Positions 12,503 through 25,300 of a stretch of DNA of 64,000 nucleotides are shown one piece after another. Position 1 is the first letter of the stretch. Each line of letters begins with the position of its first letter. The notes below the pieces were generated by a model. The model made no database searches. It had not been told where the DNA came from and saw only the letters and a program-made list of their open reading frames with translations. Both the position numbers and the translations under genes were made by a program. Origin of the DNA: Bispira polyomma (lineage: Eukaryota); NCBI GenBank assembly GCA_965649765.1, contig OZ287758.1:33418001-33482000 (forward strand), read 5' to 3'.

Positions 12503-14989
12503 GTAAAAATATAATTTATGAAGGTACACAAACCCGAAATGCTGGATAAAAGAACACAAGGTAAAGATTATTGTTCCAAAAAAATTAAATAAACATTATG
12601 TTAATGTGACACAGCTGTGTTCGTGATTCTGGTTGGCTCAATGCTACGGTAAAAATAACTGTGTACACATAGATGGAAGTAGACTAATTTCGTCTGCAGT
12701 GTACTTGATATTGTATATTGGATATTGTTCCTTCAATAACGTATTTTTTTACAAAAAAAAACAAAAACAGCCACAATCCGGTTTTAATGAATATAATAGT
12801 AATTTCTATAAAATGGCAGCAGCACCTGAGGGTATGTGATAATTTGACACCAGTCTAACCAACTCTGCACCAATTCTAAATAAAAAACTCATCACCAATG
12901 AGGTTTAATCAAGTTATAAAAAAATAATTAAAAAAACTGTTTGATTATACAGACAAAGTTATCCGGATTTACACTTCTAAAATTTGTTATTTTCTGGGGG
13001 ATATTCATTTGGTGCCGAGATGATAAGGAGGATCTTAGACTTAGACTGCATGTTGCTGAATTTGTTGGTGCCGATTTGGCTTTGATAACCACTTGACCCA
13101 TATTCATAAGTTTGTGTATAAAATCAAATCTGATTATGGTCAGGTGAAGGTCAATAAAATCAAATCTGATTATGGTCAGGTGAAGGAACTTATGGAGAAG
13201 GCGGACGACATAAGAGAGAGGGATACCCAAGTTATCTGAGATGTTTTTACAAGTAGTAAAGCCCTGCATATATAATATGAATAAGTAAAAACTAAAAGAG
13301 GTCAATCTAAAAATATGCAGTAATAATTATGTTAACTACTATCAAAATCCAAATATATATATATATATATACATGATAGGCTAGTTCTTCTTTTGCTAAC
13401 CTCACTGTATGGCCAGCAAGTGGATTTCGCCATTCAAAATAAACTATACTGCTGTTATTTATATGTCCTAAACCAATTTATTTTATGGTATTCAAATAAC
13501 TGTATGTACTGCATAAACTGTATAAACTGCTAGCTTATCAATTCCATTTGAGTAAATTAATAACATGTATATGTTGTCAAAAAGCCAACTTCTGAAACTC
13601 AGTGACCAGCAAAATTCATTGTCAGTATTTATTGTTACACAATGGTTCGACACTCAGCCCAAGTGATTACTTGGCGTGGCTGTTTTGACACCAAGAAGAA
13701 TAAATGTTGAAGATAATTTTTTTAAATCATTATTTCTTACTTGATTTTAAGGTTCAAACATGTATATTTTACTTATGTGTAATTTTTAATATTCTTTTAA
13801 TTAAGGTCATTGAATTAACATTCACCTCTGACATAGTTCCTGTTACGTAAATAATGAGTAATATCTAAGTGAAATACCACCAGCATGCATAATGTTTAAC
13901 ATTGATAGTATTTTGAGAGTAGAATCCTAAACTATACAATACAGACTATGATGTAGTTCTGGATTGGCGACTAAAATACTTAGATTTTGACAGATCAATT
14001 GACTATTTATACTAGATTTTTTATTCCGGCTAATTTACCAGACGTTACTTTACTGGTGTATAATTGAAGTTGCTGGGTTTGCAAAAACAAAAAAAAAAAA
14101 AAATGAATTATTATAATTACCTCTGAAACTACTCTTGATAAAAAAAATCATAAAAAATATGCTAAGAAAGCTTATTGTATTTTAATTTTTATGTGCTTTT
14201 TTGTTGCATCAAAATATGTTGAAATGAGATATTTAAGTTTAAATATGGGTACTATCAGTTTGTCAGCTGTGGTGTAATATGAGCAAAATACAATATTTGT
14301 AAAAGTTCAATGGAAAAGTTTCAGTCTATAAATGTAGTCTGTAATTTTAGTTTAAGTAATATATTTTTTATCTTATCTGCAAATGTTATTCAATATTATA
14401 AAGTAATAAGCAAATACTAGCAGATTAAAAATGACAGCCAGATTTACAGCTAGATTTACAGTGTTTGTTTATGTTGGTTATGACCCCCAGAATGGCCACC
14501 TCAAGTATCACTGGAAATTGATGATGTCACATGAAAAGAAGTTCACTGAATATAAAGTATTTTAATTTAAGCTGTGGTTATATACGCGGATATACTTCAT
14601 TCACATATTCAACCTACAATATATTTAATCATTTACTCCCTTAATGAAGCAGCACAAAAACGTAAGCCCTTTTCTGAATATTTCAAAACGCAAAAAAGTA
14701 AGATATATTCTGATTTTTGTTATACACATAAAGTAGCATTTCTAAAATTTGCCTTATGTATATTAATCCATTCAATTTGCTTTCTAAATATCCTATTTTT
14801 CCTCCATATGCTTTCCAAACTAACCATACATTGTTATTGTTAAGATGTTTTGAAACGTGTCTATGTCTGATGGAGTATTTCCTTGAGGTATACTGGTTGG
14901 CCATATTTTAGGACCTTATATGTGATCAACCCAAGTTTGAACCACACTCTGCGTTTAACTGGTAGACAATAGAGTTTTTCCAGTTCTGG

Positions 14990-15680
14990 TGTTACATGAG
15001 AAAACCTGGAAGATAGAGTCACTACCCGGCAGAATGAGGTTCGGACCTTCTGTAGCCTCTCAAATTCAAATTATGTGAGTGATGCAAACAGGGAATTGCA
15101 GTAGTCAAGTCGGCTGCTGTCAAGAGCATTTGCAAGGAGGACTGCTTTGTTGAAATCGAGTAAGTGGCAAATCCTATACAGATCTCTAAGGTGGATTCGA
15201 GTCGACTTAGTGACTTGGCATGCATGATCTGAGAGAGCCATATTGGAATAAAACAATACTCCTAGATTTTTAACATTAGAGGATGGTGCAACTTTATTAC
15301 CAAGAATGTCAGTTAGAAAAAAAGACTGAAGTTGTTTACAAATGTTTTTTTAACCGATCAGACTAAATTCAGGTTTATCCGGGTTTAAATTGACATATTT
15401 TAGTACCGTGAAATTTTGTATGTCATTAAGGCAGTTTGTGACAACTTTCATTGACTCAGTAAATTAGTTATATATAATTGAGTGTCATAATGGTGTATAT
15501 AAATGGTGCCTGGTGACCCATGAGACTGAATAATAGTGCTTAACTGAGTGGATTAGTGTACAATGAAAAAAGAAGTGAGTCCAGAACAGAACCCTGAGGG
15601 ACTCCAAATTTTAACTCCATAGTGTGTGACAGTATTGGAACCCACATTGACTGACTGCATTCTCTCTGACAAATGCCGTA
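14990..15680 (-). mobile_element. L2/CR1-group LINE RT fragment
   Basis: FGVPQGSVL..LLFSLYT, LNPDKPEF, VKNLGV, SRLDYCNSL. Confidence 0.85.
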
Positions 15681-15759
15681 GCTAATGTTTAGTCTATTAA
15701 ACAGCTTGAATTAATTGATATATACAGGTATATTTAGCCTCAGTATCAATTCAAAACAC

Positions 15760-16110
15760 CTTTTGACTTTCTTTATTCAACTACTGAATTCTTTTGTGCA
15801 GAAATCATTAAGTTGAGTTCAATCAAGATATCTTGTAATCCTGTATGTGGTACAACTTTCAAATTTCCAGACTTCCCCTATTTGACCCTGATTGGTGTAA
15901 AAAATGCATTATTTTTGCAGGAGATATTTTAAATGAAAAGGGAGAAGTATTGAGTTTTGAAGAAGTCAAATATAAATATATACTCTGAATGACAATATCT
16001 TAAATTATTATAGAGTCAAACTTTGTGTCAATAAATTCATTAAAACTTTTCAAAAAGGTAACATATTCATTTTTCTGAAACCAAATTATCTATTCCACTT
16101 TAAACTGCTG
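15760..16110 (+). mobile_element. L1/Tx1-like LINE ORF2 C-terminal fragment
   Basis: WYNFQI...W.K..I.F.GDIL.E.G..LSFEE..YKY pattern. Confidence 0.55.
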
Positions 16111-16119
16111 ATGATATAT

Positions 16120-16400
16120 AGTACAGTTATTATAGCGCATTTATACAACGCAGGGTTATTTCAAATGCGCTCCACAGACATTTGCTTTACTGAACCAGTT
16201 GCTATATGGCCCAATGAGGGCTGGGTGGGGGGACTGCACAAAAAAGACGACAGTTCGACAAGCTTTCTATGCCCCAGTAGGCTGCTGGGCAGCCTTCAAA
16301 TATTGCTCAGGTATCTGACATCAGCACTATCAAATCCATGCTACATCAGATGATATATGTATTTCGGGACACCAACGTTCTTCCTTAGTCCACCGTTAGC
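16120..16400 (-). mobile_element. SINE/L2-type 3' end with stem-loop
   Basis: AGCGCATTT...AAATGCGCT hairpin (16134-16170) resembling L2-derived 3' tails. Confidence 0.4.
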
Positions 16401-17524
16401 GCCGCATGGGGTCACAACATGCATGAAATGAACTAATACTATGCAGCGGTCATTAAATCGACTAAGCTTATCTCAATTGGCCATGGCTAACGGTCATACC
16501 ATGCAACAGGTATCACAGAAACCCAAAGTGATCTGCAAGTTTTTCAACTCTGGCTCTTGCAGCCATGATGGAGATCATAATCAATATAAGCATCATCGTG
16601 CCCATTGTTTCAAGGTGTTGAATAAGGAGACCAATCATCCCGAATTCAAATGTCTTAAGGCGAATAGCACCATAGCAAGCTAGGATGATGGTCAACTACC
16701 CAGGACAGACACTGTTTCAAATAGTTCACTAAAGAATGGTAATTTAATGTTTAGTAATGATGACATTTGTTTCAGTGACACTGGTTATTATATGTTTCAC
16801 AAACCAAATTGTATAAGTAAATTGTCAGTCAAATTTGTTCTAAATATCCTGTTAGTTGTCTTCTTTGGTAGACAATTAATTGCATAATGTATGTCACATT
16901 TTTAAGAACGTCTCAAATGTTAATGCTGCTGGTCCCGAATACCATAGGTTTCATAATGCACACAAAACTTGGGGCCATCATGATTTTAATGGTGGAGCTA
17001 TTTCGGACCATGTATACAATGCACACTTACAGGGTAACTATTGGAACATGGCTTGCAGTATTTAAGTCTTGGATTTCTCATACATTAACAACTGGGTTCA
17101 ATAACCTGTTATATTTATTAACTTGCCTAATTATATGAGTGCTTCCGGTTTCTACTATCAAAATTGGGAGAATGGTATTGTTGCTTACATCAAGTTGTCC
17201 GATATTCCCAGTTTCCCCTTTTGTGTATCTCACATTTTTAACAGTAGAATATCTGTGCAATATAATTGTCAACAGATGTCAATATAATGTTATTCAGAGC
17301 AATGATGCCAAATTAGCATATGCTAATTACTGTAAAGATATCAATTCCCTATATTCCAGGGGTTATGATTACACTGCTCTCATGCAGAATGTCATTAATG
17401 ACATCATCAAGTCAGATGATGTCATTACTGAGAACATTGTCCTGCAAACAAACTTGCAGAAGCTAGAATCGTATGTCGCTCCGTTGCTATTACTGCTGTC
17501 ATTGACGAGCTGGACAGCTCTGAC

Positions 17525-19274
17525 TTGTCTGTTGCTTCTTCTCCTAAAACCAATTTTAAGGACTTTGCTGATCCAGGTAAGACTGAGGGTGTCATTAAGA
17601 AGTGTAAAACTAGCTTTCAGTTTATTGGCCGTGATAGGAACTTTATTGCAATTACTTCAATAAAAGACATGTGTCTCATTGCGGACACCATATGTTCTAC
17701 AGGTCTCCATAATTACCTGCAAGCTCACATTCCCATCCGCTGTGGCCTCAATATCCCGGCATGGGAACGCATTACACTTAATCACCCTGACCAGCTTATT
17801 GGCCAATACCTCAAATTCGGCTTCCCTCTCTCTTTAAGTAACCCTCACAGATTGAAACAAGTTAACATAGAAAGTCACCACTCAGCTTTACAACATGCAG
17901 ATGCATTTAATAAATATCTTCTTAAGGAAAAAAGTAAAGGTGCAATGTTAGGCCCTGTTTCCAACATTGCAAATTTACATTACCATTGTTCCGCCTTACT
18001 TACTACTCCCAAGGACATTACTAATAGGCGTGTTATATTGAACCTTTCTCTCCCTCGCGGCATGTTGGTCAATGACCATGTTCTTGACCAATTTGATGGT
18101 ACTGATTTCTTAATAAAATTTCCCAATATTGATCACGTCACTGACATCATAAATAAAAATACGGATCCCTGGGTCTTCAAGGTAAATGTGGCCAGGGCTT
18201 TCCATAATCTCCGCGTTGACACTGTCGATGCCCTCAAATTTAGGATAAAATGGGATGGGGAATAACTACTTGGAACCTGCAGTGGCTTTTGGCTGGGCTT
18301 TTGGAAGCGCTGCTTTTCATAGGTGTTCAGTTTAGGCTTTAGACTTTATTGTTACATAGATGATTTTCTGTATATGTCCCAAAGATAAATCTAAGGAGGG
18401 TTTTAAAAAATTATGTAAACTACTGGACGATCTGGGTCTCCCCATGAATCCCAATAAAATTTATCCTCCTTCAACTAAGGTTTTTTACTTGGGCATAGAC
18501 GTGGACATCTGTGCTGGTACTATAATTATCACCAAAGACAAGATTGATCAAATACATTTAGAATGCATTGAAGCCTGTTGTAAAACCTGACTATCTCGCA
18601 CTAGGATACAGTCAGTGCTAGGCAAGCTCCTTTATATCCATAAATGCATAAAACACGCAAGGTGCTTCATTAACAGGCTTTAAGCCGTACTTATAGCTTC
18701 CCCCGATTCCAAAAGATTTAAAATTACCGACAACATGAAACACGACCTTGATTGGTTCATCTAATTCTTACATGTCTACAATGGCATCACATACTATAAC
18801 CCTAAGGACATTGATTTTTTACATGAGCTTCACTTAGATGCCTGTCTTACGGGTATGGGAGACCTTTGTGGCCAGGAAATTTATTCACTCCTCTAATTGA
18901 CATTTTTGGCTAAACACTAGCTATCACTCAGCTGGAAATGCTCAATGTAGTAATTGCCCTTAGGGTTTGGGGTGAGAACTGGACTCATGCAAGGTCACTT
19001 TTAATTGCAACAATTTGGCAGTTGTTCTGGTTGTTACGACTGGTAAGACTAAGGATCCTTTTTTTGCATCATGCATTCGCAACATATAGCTCATTAGTTC
19101 CATACATAACATTACCATTAAGATTCAACATATAAGGGGTAAAGACAATGTATACGATGACACGTTGTCGCGTGTATACTCAATACATCCCTTCTGACTC
19201 TCAAATCATGTATTTGCTCAGGAACCACACACGTAGAGATGTTACATAATTATAACTTAGATTGTAACATATGA
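17525..19274 (+). pseudogene. RT-RNase H (pol) of YR retrotransposon with frameshifts and stops
   Basis: FGFPL, RRVILNLS, VARAF, YIDD-equivalent at ~18354, QSVLGKLLYIH, RNase H motifs; ends LDCNI* at 19274. Confidence 0.85.
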
Positions 19275-19280
19275 TTCCAG

Positions 19281-20250
19281 GTTCCACAGTAGCATAATCA
19301 TCTCTGGGGGACGCCGCTATCTAAAGACTTCACACAGCTCTCAGACCATCCACTACTGCAGCTTACATCTCGCAGTTAGAACATTTCCATCCTGTCTGTA
19401 GTATGTGAACATGCAGGACATTTCAATAGATTCCATTCTAGCTTTTCTGGAGTTTTAACCTATCTAACCTATATTCAATAGTCATCAAAAACTACCTGGC
19501 AGCCTTGAGATTTATGACTCAAAAATACAACATTATTTCCGATATTTTCCATCACAATGCAATCTCCCTGTTTATTCATAGTTTGGTTCATAACTTACAC
19601 TTCAGGACTGCTCCCAAAGGTGTATTCACAATCAAGCACTTATCCCTCATCTCTCAGTCATGTCAGACCTTACAGGACCCCTTTCTCTTTAGATCCATTT
19701 TCCTTGTGGTCTCTTATGTGTTTTTAAGAATGTCCAATATAGCTCCCCATTCCAGGGCAAAATTTTACTCTTCCAGTCACATCCTTCGCCAGGACGTGGT
19801 TTTTGGTCCCCCTTGTGTCCACTTAGTCATTAACAAGAACATGCAAGATAGAAGCAGTACCTACTTCATTCAACTTCCTTCCATCTCAGTTCCACACTTA
19901 TGTCCAGTGCAGGCACTTTCCGCATTTTTAAATTCTAGGGATTTGCCTCCCACTTTTCCTCTGGTCGTGTTTGCCAACAAACCGAACTTTCCCGTAATTG
20001 ATTTCCATATCAGGTCTGCTCTTAGACAAATTCTCCAGCACCTTGGAATTGATCCTTTATTCCATGGTTTCCATACTTTTCCTCAGATCTGGTGCAACAG
20101 CAGTTTTCAACAATAATGTTTCTCTCTAAAACATCATGGCCCACGAACATTTGCATAGTTCTGCCGTGTGGTCCTGCTTCCAATCCACCTCTCAAGCTGC
20201 TTCCATCATTCCCTCTACCATTTCCTTCATTGTCCCTTCCTCCATTTAGT
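19281..20250 (+). pseudogene. Tyrosine recombinase of YR retrotransposon, degenerate
   Basis: LRPSTTAAY, IKNYLAAL, FLRMSNIAPHS, LCPV, GFHTF..RSGAT, IMAH..SSAVW. Confidence 0.85.
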
Positions 20251-20404
20251 TGGGTTTAAGCTTATTTTGCCCTTTGATATTTTAATATACCTTTTACCTC
20301 CTTTGTATATATATATACTAACTTGTATAGAATGAAATACCTCAAACTTTAGATTTAGTTCTTATTGCATTATTACTACTAATTAAAATTACTAACTAAT
20401 TATT

Positions 20405-20830
20405 AGTACTACTAAAAGTTGGAGACAATGCACTTGTAGGAAATATCGGATTAAAGAAGATGACGGCATACAATGAAAAATCACTTAAAATCATAGCCAA
20501 AAAGGGATCTATGATTAATAACGAAAGAGGGATACAGAAGGTAACTCAAAACTCATCATTCTTCAAAGCATCTCCACGTCCACCCAATACTAACACTAAA
20601 AGTGATCCAGAAAGTGATGATGACCCCAAGTCAAACGAGAGTAATGTTAACCCATGTGTAGCACCTGATCCCATGGCTGAATCACCACAAGACCTGAGTT
20701 CGACCCACGATAGATCACCACATAGCAGAAGTAAACCTAAAAATCAGCCGAACACAACAGGCCGTGTTCTTCTGCCACGTCACCGAAGACTGAATCTAAC
20801 CACGCTACAAATGCAAAGGCTAGCTCTGGT
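20405..20830 (+). mobile_element. Gypsy-like pol C-terminal fragment inserted in the 3' region of the YR element
   Basis: LKVGDNALV...KIIAKKGSMI...VTQNSSFFK followed by a low-complexity tail, typical of the post-integrase region of Gypsy elements. Confidence 0.6.
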
Positions 20831-22160
20831 TTTGACATATGGAAACTGAATCTAACCACGCTACAAATGCATAAATTCTGAGTTTGTTATGACAACTGCC
20901 ATAGCTATAGTTTTACTATTAAAGCACTAGGTACCGAATAAACAATCTGAAATAACTCATGACTCCCTTTTACAGAGCAGAATAATATTACTCAATGTAA
21001 TCAAAAAGCCTTTTTAAACTTTCTCTTTTTCTTAGAAGTCCCTCTGCCTATGCTTCCTAATATAGAATCTACCACAGTAAAATTGTCCTCGCTTGCCATA
21101 ATTGTTGGTCCTTTTATATCACTGAAAGCTATCGATGGGATTACATGCTTGAGCCAGTTTTTCCGTGGCTATAACCTTGACCGTGCATATATAATATACA
21201 ATGTAGTTATAATTATCATTGTGACAGTATAAGTGCAGGTTGGCCTAGCAACCACAATTTATCGCAATACATACAACATGTACTCATTTATGTACTTTCA
21301 TTGAATAAATAAATTTATGATCTGTTTTTTTTTATATAATACATATGTAATATTGCAAACAATGCTAGATTTAACTTGCAGTCTAGGCTCTGATATAGAA
21401 GTTTCCTAACACATCTAACACTGAAGATGTTGAAAATAAGTGTAAATGGGATTTAAATAGTTTCCCAATGATATTTAGGCAATGAAAACCTTTACTGATA
21501 ATGCTGAACCAAACATTGAAATTTTGTTCTTTAAAATGTGTTATTTCTAGTATAAATGCTGTATGAAAGATTAGTGTAGAATAAATTTCTTTAAGATGAA
21601 AGCTAGACTTAATGGAAGTTTCAAATGGTCTTGACAGATCATAGGCATGCTTAATCTTCACCATAAATCTGCCGACCAATGGGTGTGTTAAAATGTCCAA
21701 GACAGTAAGTTAACAAATAATTTCATAAAAACAGAATTATGCTTTGATGTAATATTGCCTTTCAAAGTGAAATTGTCCTTGTGTAATCTTCCTGTTCATT
21801 CTGATAGAATGGCAATACAATATTTTAAATGAATATAATGTATGCATAAGCTCTATATATCGTGATATTGTTCATAATAATGTACACACCTACCAAACTA
21901 AACCAGTACATTATTGTTTCTGAATATATAGTTTGGACATTCGGTCGTACTAACATCAGACAGCCCTATACTTTAGGTGAAGCAAGTAGAGACACATGGT
22001 CTGAAAGTCCAAAAATATGAATATAGAGATCAACTCTTTAATGCTTTATTTTAAATTCTAATTCACTTCTTTTTTACAATTCACCAAAACGACACACAGT
22101 ATTTAATACAGCAATCCTCAAAATTTTAATCCATGTGTCTACAGAAGTAAATCAAACATG

Positions 22161-22322
22161 TTAGCATCCAGCTGGTGCATTGCCGGACTCGCCACAAACC
22201 CAGGCTTGGAAAGGTCCGACCTTGGCATACACTGAAGGGAAGTTGGTACCACAGCCACTAACTCCCCATGATGTCACACCATAAACCGTACTACCTACTG
22301 TCATGGGACCACCACTGTCTCC
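22161..22322 (-). CDS. Serine protease exon 7 (catalytic Ser, stop)
   Basis: ttttag|GDSGGPMTVGSTVYGVTSWGVSGCGTNFPSVYAKVGPFQAWVCGESGNAPAGC*. Confidence 0.93.
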   Translation of the reverse strand, partial: GDSGGPMTVGSTVYGVTSWGVSGCGTNFPSVYAKVGPFQAWVCGESGNAPAGC

Positions 22323-25300
22323 CTAAAACAACAATGTAGACATGTTTGTGCAGTAACAATAAAAATACACACAAAAAACCAATAACAATAAAAAGCAGCT
22401 AGCAGTAAGTGTACAGATAAAACTTGTTGTTGTCTGCTCCACATGCACCACTAATTTTTACACATTATAAATGATGGGTTTGCCTTACATGATTCAGCAA
22501 ACGAACACAACCGCGAGATAATAAAAATGGCTGAATATACACTAATTCACAAAGCTTTTAAAAATATTACACAAAATATTGCTGTATGATGTTTTAATTT
22601 CACTAGGGTTTGTTTTCTTAACTTAATGTAAGGCAGTGGCTATATATTTTATCAATATAGTAATGTAATTAATGATAGTTTTACATGGCTACCATATGGC
22701 TATAATCTAAACAGGATTTTAAAACAATGAGATGATAACCACTTGTTTTTATAGTTAGCTGTGAACATTCAAAATTAGAAGGCTATTTCCTTTTAAGCTA
22801 ATAATATTCAGGGCTAATTTGAAGGCATTTTGGTAAATATTTTAATTTGGATAAAATTAAGAGATATTCTTGGTGTTGCCAAAAAGAGCTAGCGATTTTT
22901 TTAAAATTTCTTTCTAAATAAGACACTTATTTGTTAAGACAGCAGGCCACTGCTTCTTTGTTTGCAATTCGTCTGCAAATGATGTAAGGACCCTTTTTAA
23001 AATATGCATCTATATTTTTAAAGCTATCCCAGATATGTGCAGAAAGCACAATCAAAGCAGGGTAGCTCACAGTGGATCCCATATGATATATAAATAGTAT
23101 GAAAATTACACATAATGGTTACATCAATGGCAAAGACAAATACATAGTTAGATTAGACCTGCTGATACTCACGTTACATGATCCAATTTCTCCATTTGCA
23201 CCATCCCAAACACAGATCATGTTCGCTGACTGAAAGCTGTCACCCCACTGGGCCTCACAAGTAGCGTCATCTATAATGGGAATCTGTGTCCCCTGAAGGG
23301 TAGTTGGTAAAGCACAGCCGCCACCTGGTAATACAAGTCAGCAACTAACTATATATTGGTGTATTATGTCCAAAGGAGGGTCATTGACAAAACAGAAGCC
23401 GATACTTTCCGAATATTCTTTATGAAATTTATGAAACATTATTTTATATTTTCTGCTAAAATAAATTGAACATTAGGGCAGGATATTTCTATCTTGGAAC
23501 AGAAGTAAAATATGTATATATATGTATATATATACATATTTTACTTCTGTTCCAAGATATATATATATATATGCCTTAGCTGTAGCGAATATTTGATACA
23601 ATAATTTGTGGGTTTATTGTCGTATAGTTAAATAATGAGTTAAATCATGATACAGCAACTACTTTTACATAATGAGTTAAATAGTGGTTCATCAAATACT
23701 GTTTTGAGCTCAGTGGCACCTAAATGTTCTAAATGTGATATATACAAAACGTGGTTCACACAGACATTCACCATGACACTAGAATGTGGGGCTATTGTTG
23801 TTTGCATACTAGTAATACATGTATCTTCAAGAAAACATATTTTGGGGTTAAAATAGTGGATTTGATAGAATTAGATACCTTTCAAAAATAATACAATATC
23901 ACATAATTTTACCAATTGATATAAACATTGCCTGCTTTAAACAAAAGTATATGTTTAAACGTCTCATACAATAATGTCTACCTAGGTAATAACAAAACAA
24001 AAACTAGGATGATAATACATACAAGTTCTGCCCCAGCCAGTGATCCAGCCATTTCCGCCAGGATTTCCAGCATCTGCAGACATAGTTGCTGGCGAGATGT
24101 TTGTGCCGCTTATTTCGGAAGTAGCTTCTACCACGGATATATCATTGGGAGAGAACCCTGGCCCACTGCCATAATCGGGGTGCTGTCAAGAGAAACATAC
24201 ACATTGTCCATACATTAGGGAAAGTTAGTGTCTGTGGACAATTTTTTTTAAAATATACCTCTCCTTCAGTTCTTTATTACAACATTTTTTTAGATAATAT
24301 ATCACAGGTGCAAAGAAATATAAAATGTAAGCTTTACTTGTAGAAACAACATATTTAGCAATAAATTTAATGTAATAACAACAATATATACTATAAGATC
24401 ATCAGTATAAAATATAAGCAATGAAATTGCAAATAAAAATAAGAAGTGTATAATCACTGTTGTAACAGCTGCAACATCAAAAACAGTTCCATCTCCACGG
24501 TCTGTCCCTCCAAACTCCATACTGTATACAGATGATCTGTAAAAAAATACAGCTTTACAGGTTTAAACCTGCATTAATGACAGGTGGTCCACGGTTTATT
24601 GCAATAGTGGACAATGTTACTAATTTAACATGAAAGATATTTAAGATATTTTTGACACAAATATGAAAGGTATTTAAGATATTTCTGACACAAACATAAT
24701 CCCTTAGACCTAAAGTCTACTGGAAGTTAATTCAACAGCTTAATCTATGTTCTTAACTGTGACAAAGTTAATTTAAAATTTTGATTGTGTACATTATAAA
24801 GACTGGAAGTGCCAAGTGAATGAAAATCCTTATATTGTTCAAGTTGTACCCATACTATATCGGAAAAAATAATGGTCATCTAGATAGAAATGTGGAAAAT
24901 GTGGAAATACCAGCTTTAAAGCATCTGCAAGATAGTTTTGAGCCACTGCACATTTTTAGTTATGTTGAATGACTTTAGACATTTTCTGCATAAGAAGAGA
25001 TGAATCGCACATCATATCACTGGTAAAGTAAAATTTTGTTGTAGTACATTCGTTGTGCACACTTAAACAATGTATATGCAGCATGGAATTTTTGCAAGTA
25101 AACCATATAAAGCAATCTGGGTATAAGGATAGGCTAAACATAATATAGAAGTAACCAGGGTATTCCTCTCTATAGTGATATTATTATCCCAATATCCCAA
25201 TATCCAAAAAACATTAAATATTAGAGAAGCCATACCCTCCACAGTGAGCTGCACTGATAGCCCAACTGCCTCCAACAAACACACACCCACAGGTGTGACT

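Larger units (their letters stand above)
16441..21310 (+). mobile_element. Tyrosine-recombinase retrotransposon (DIRS/Ngaro-like), 5'-truncated and degenerate
   Basis: gag finger (CKFFNSGSC..H..HC..H...C, 16441-16683), RT (17525-18600), RNase H (LDACLTG, LEMLNVVIALRVWG, DTLSR; ~18830-19175), YR (19281-20250), AT-rich 3' region ending near AATAAA at ~21304. Confidence 0.87.

Noticed and set aside
13118-13186. 36-bp-period direct repeat giving HLTIIRFDFI x2 in an ORF
   Set aside because: Simple local duplication with no coding evidence.
21383-21700. 105-aa minus-strand ORF
   Set aside because: No recognisable motif or splice context; possibly a decayed transposon.
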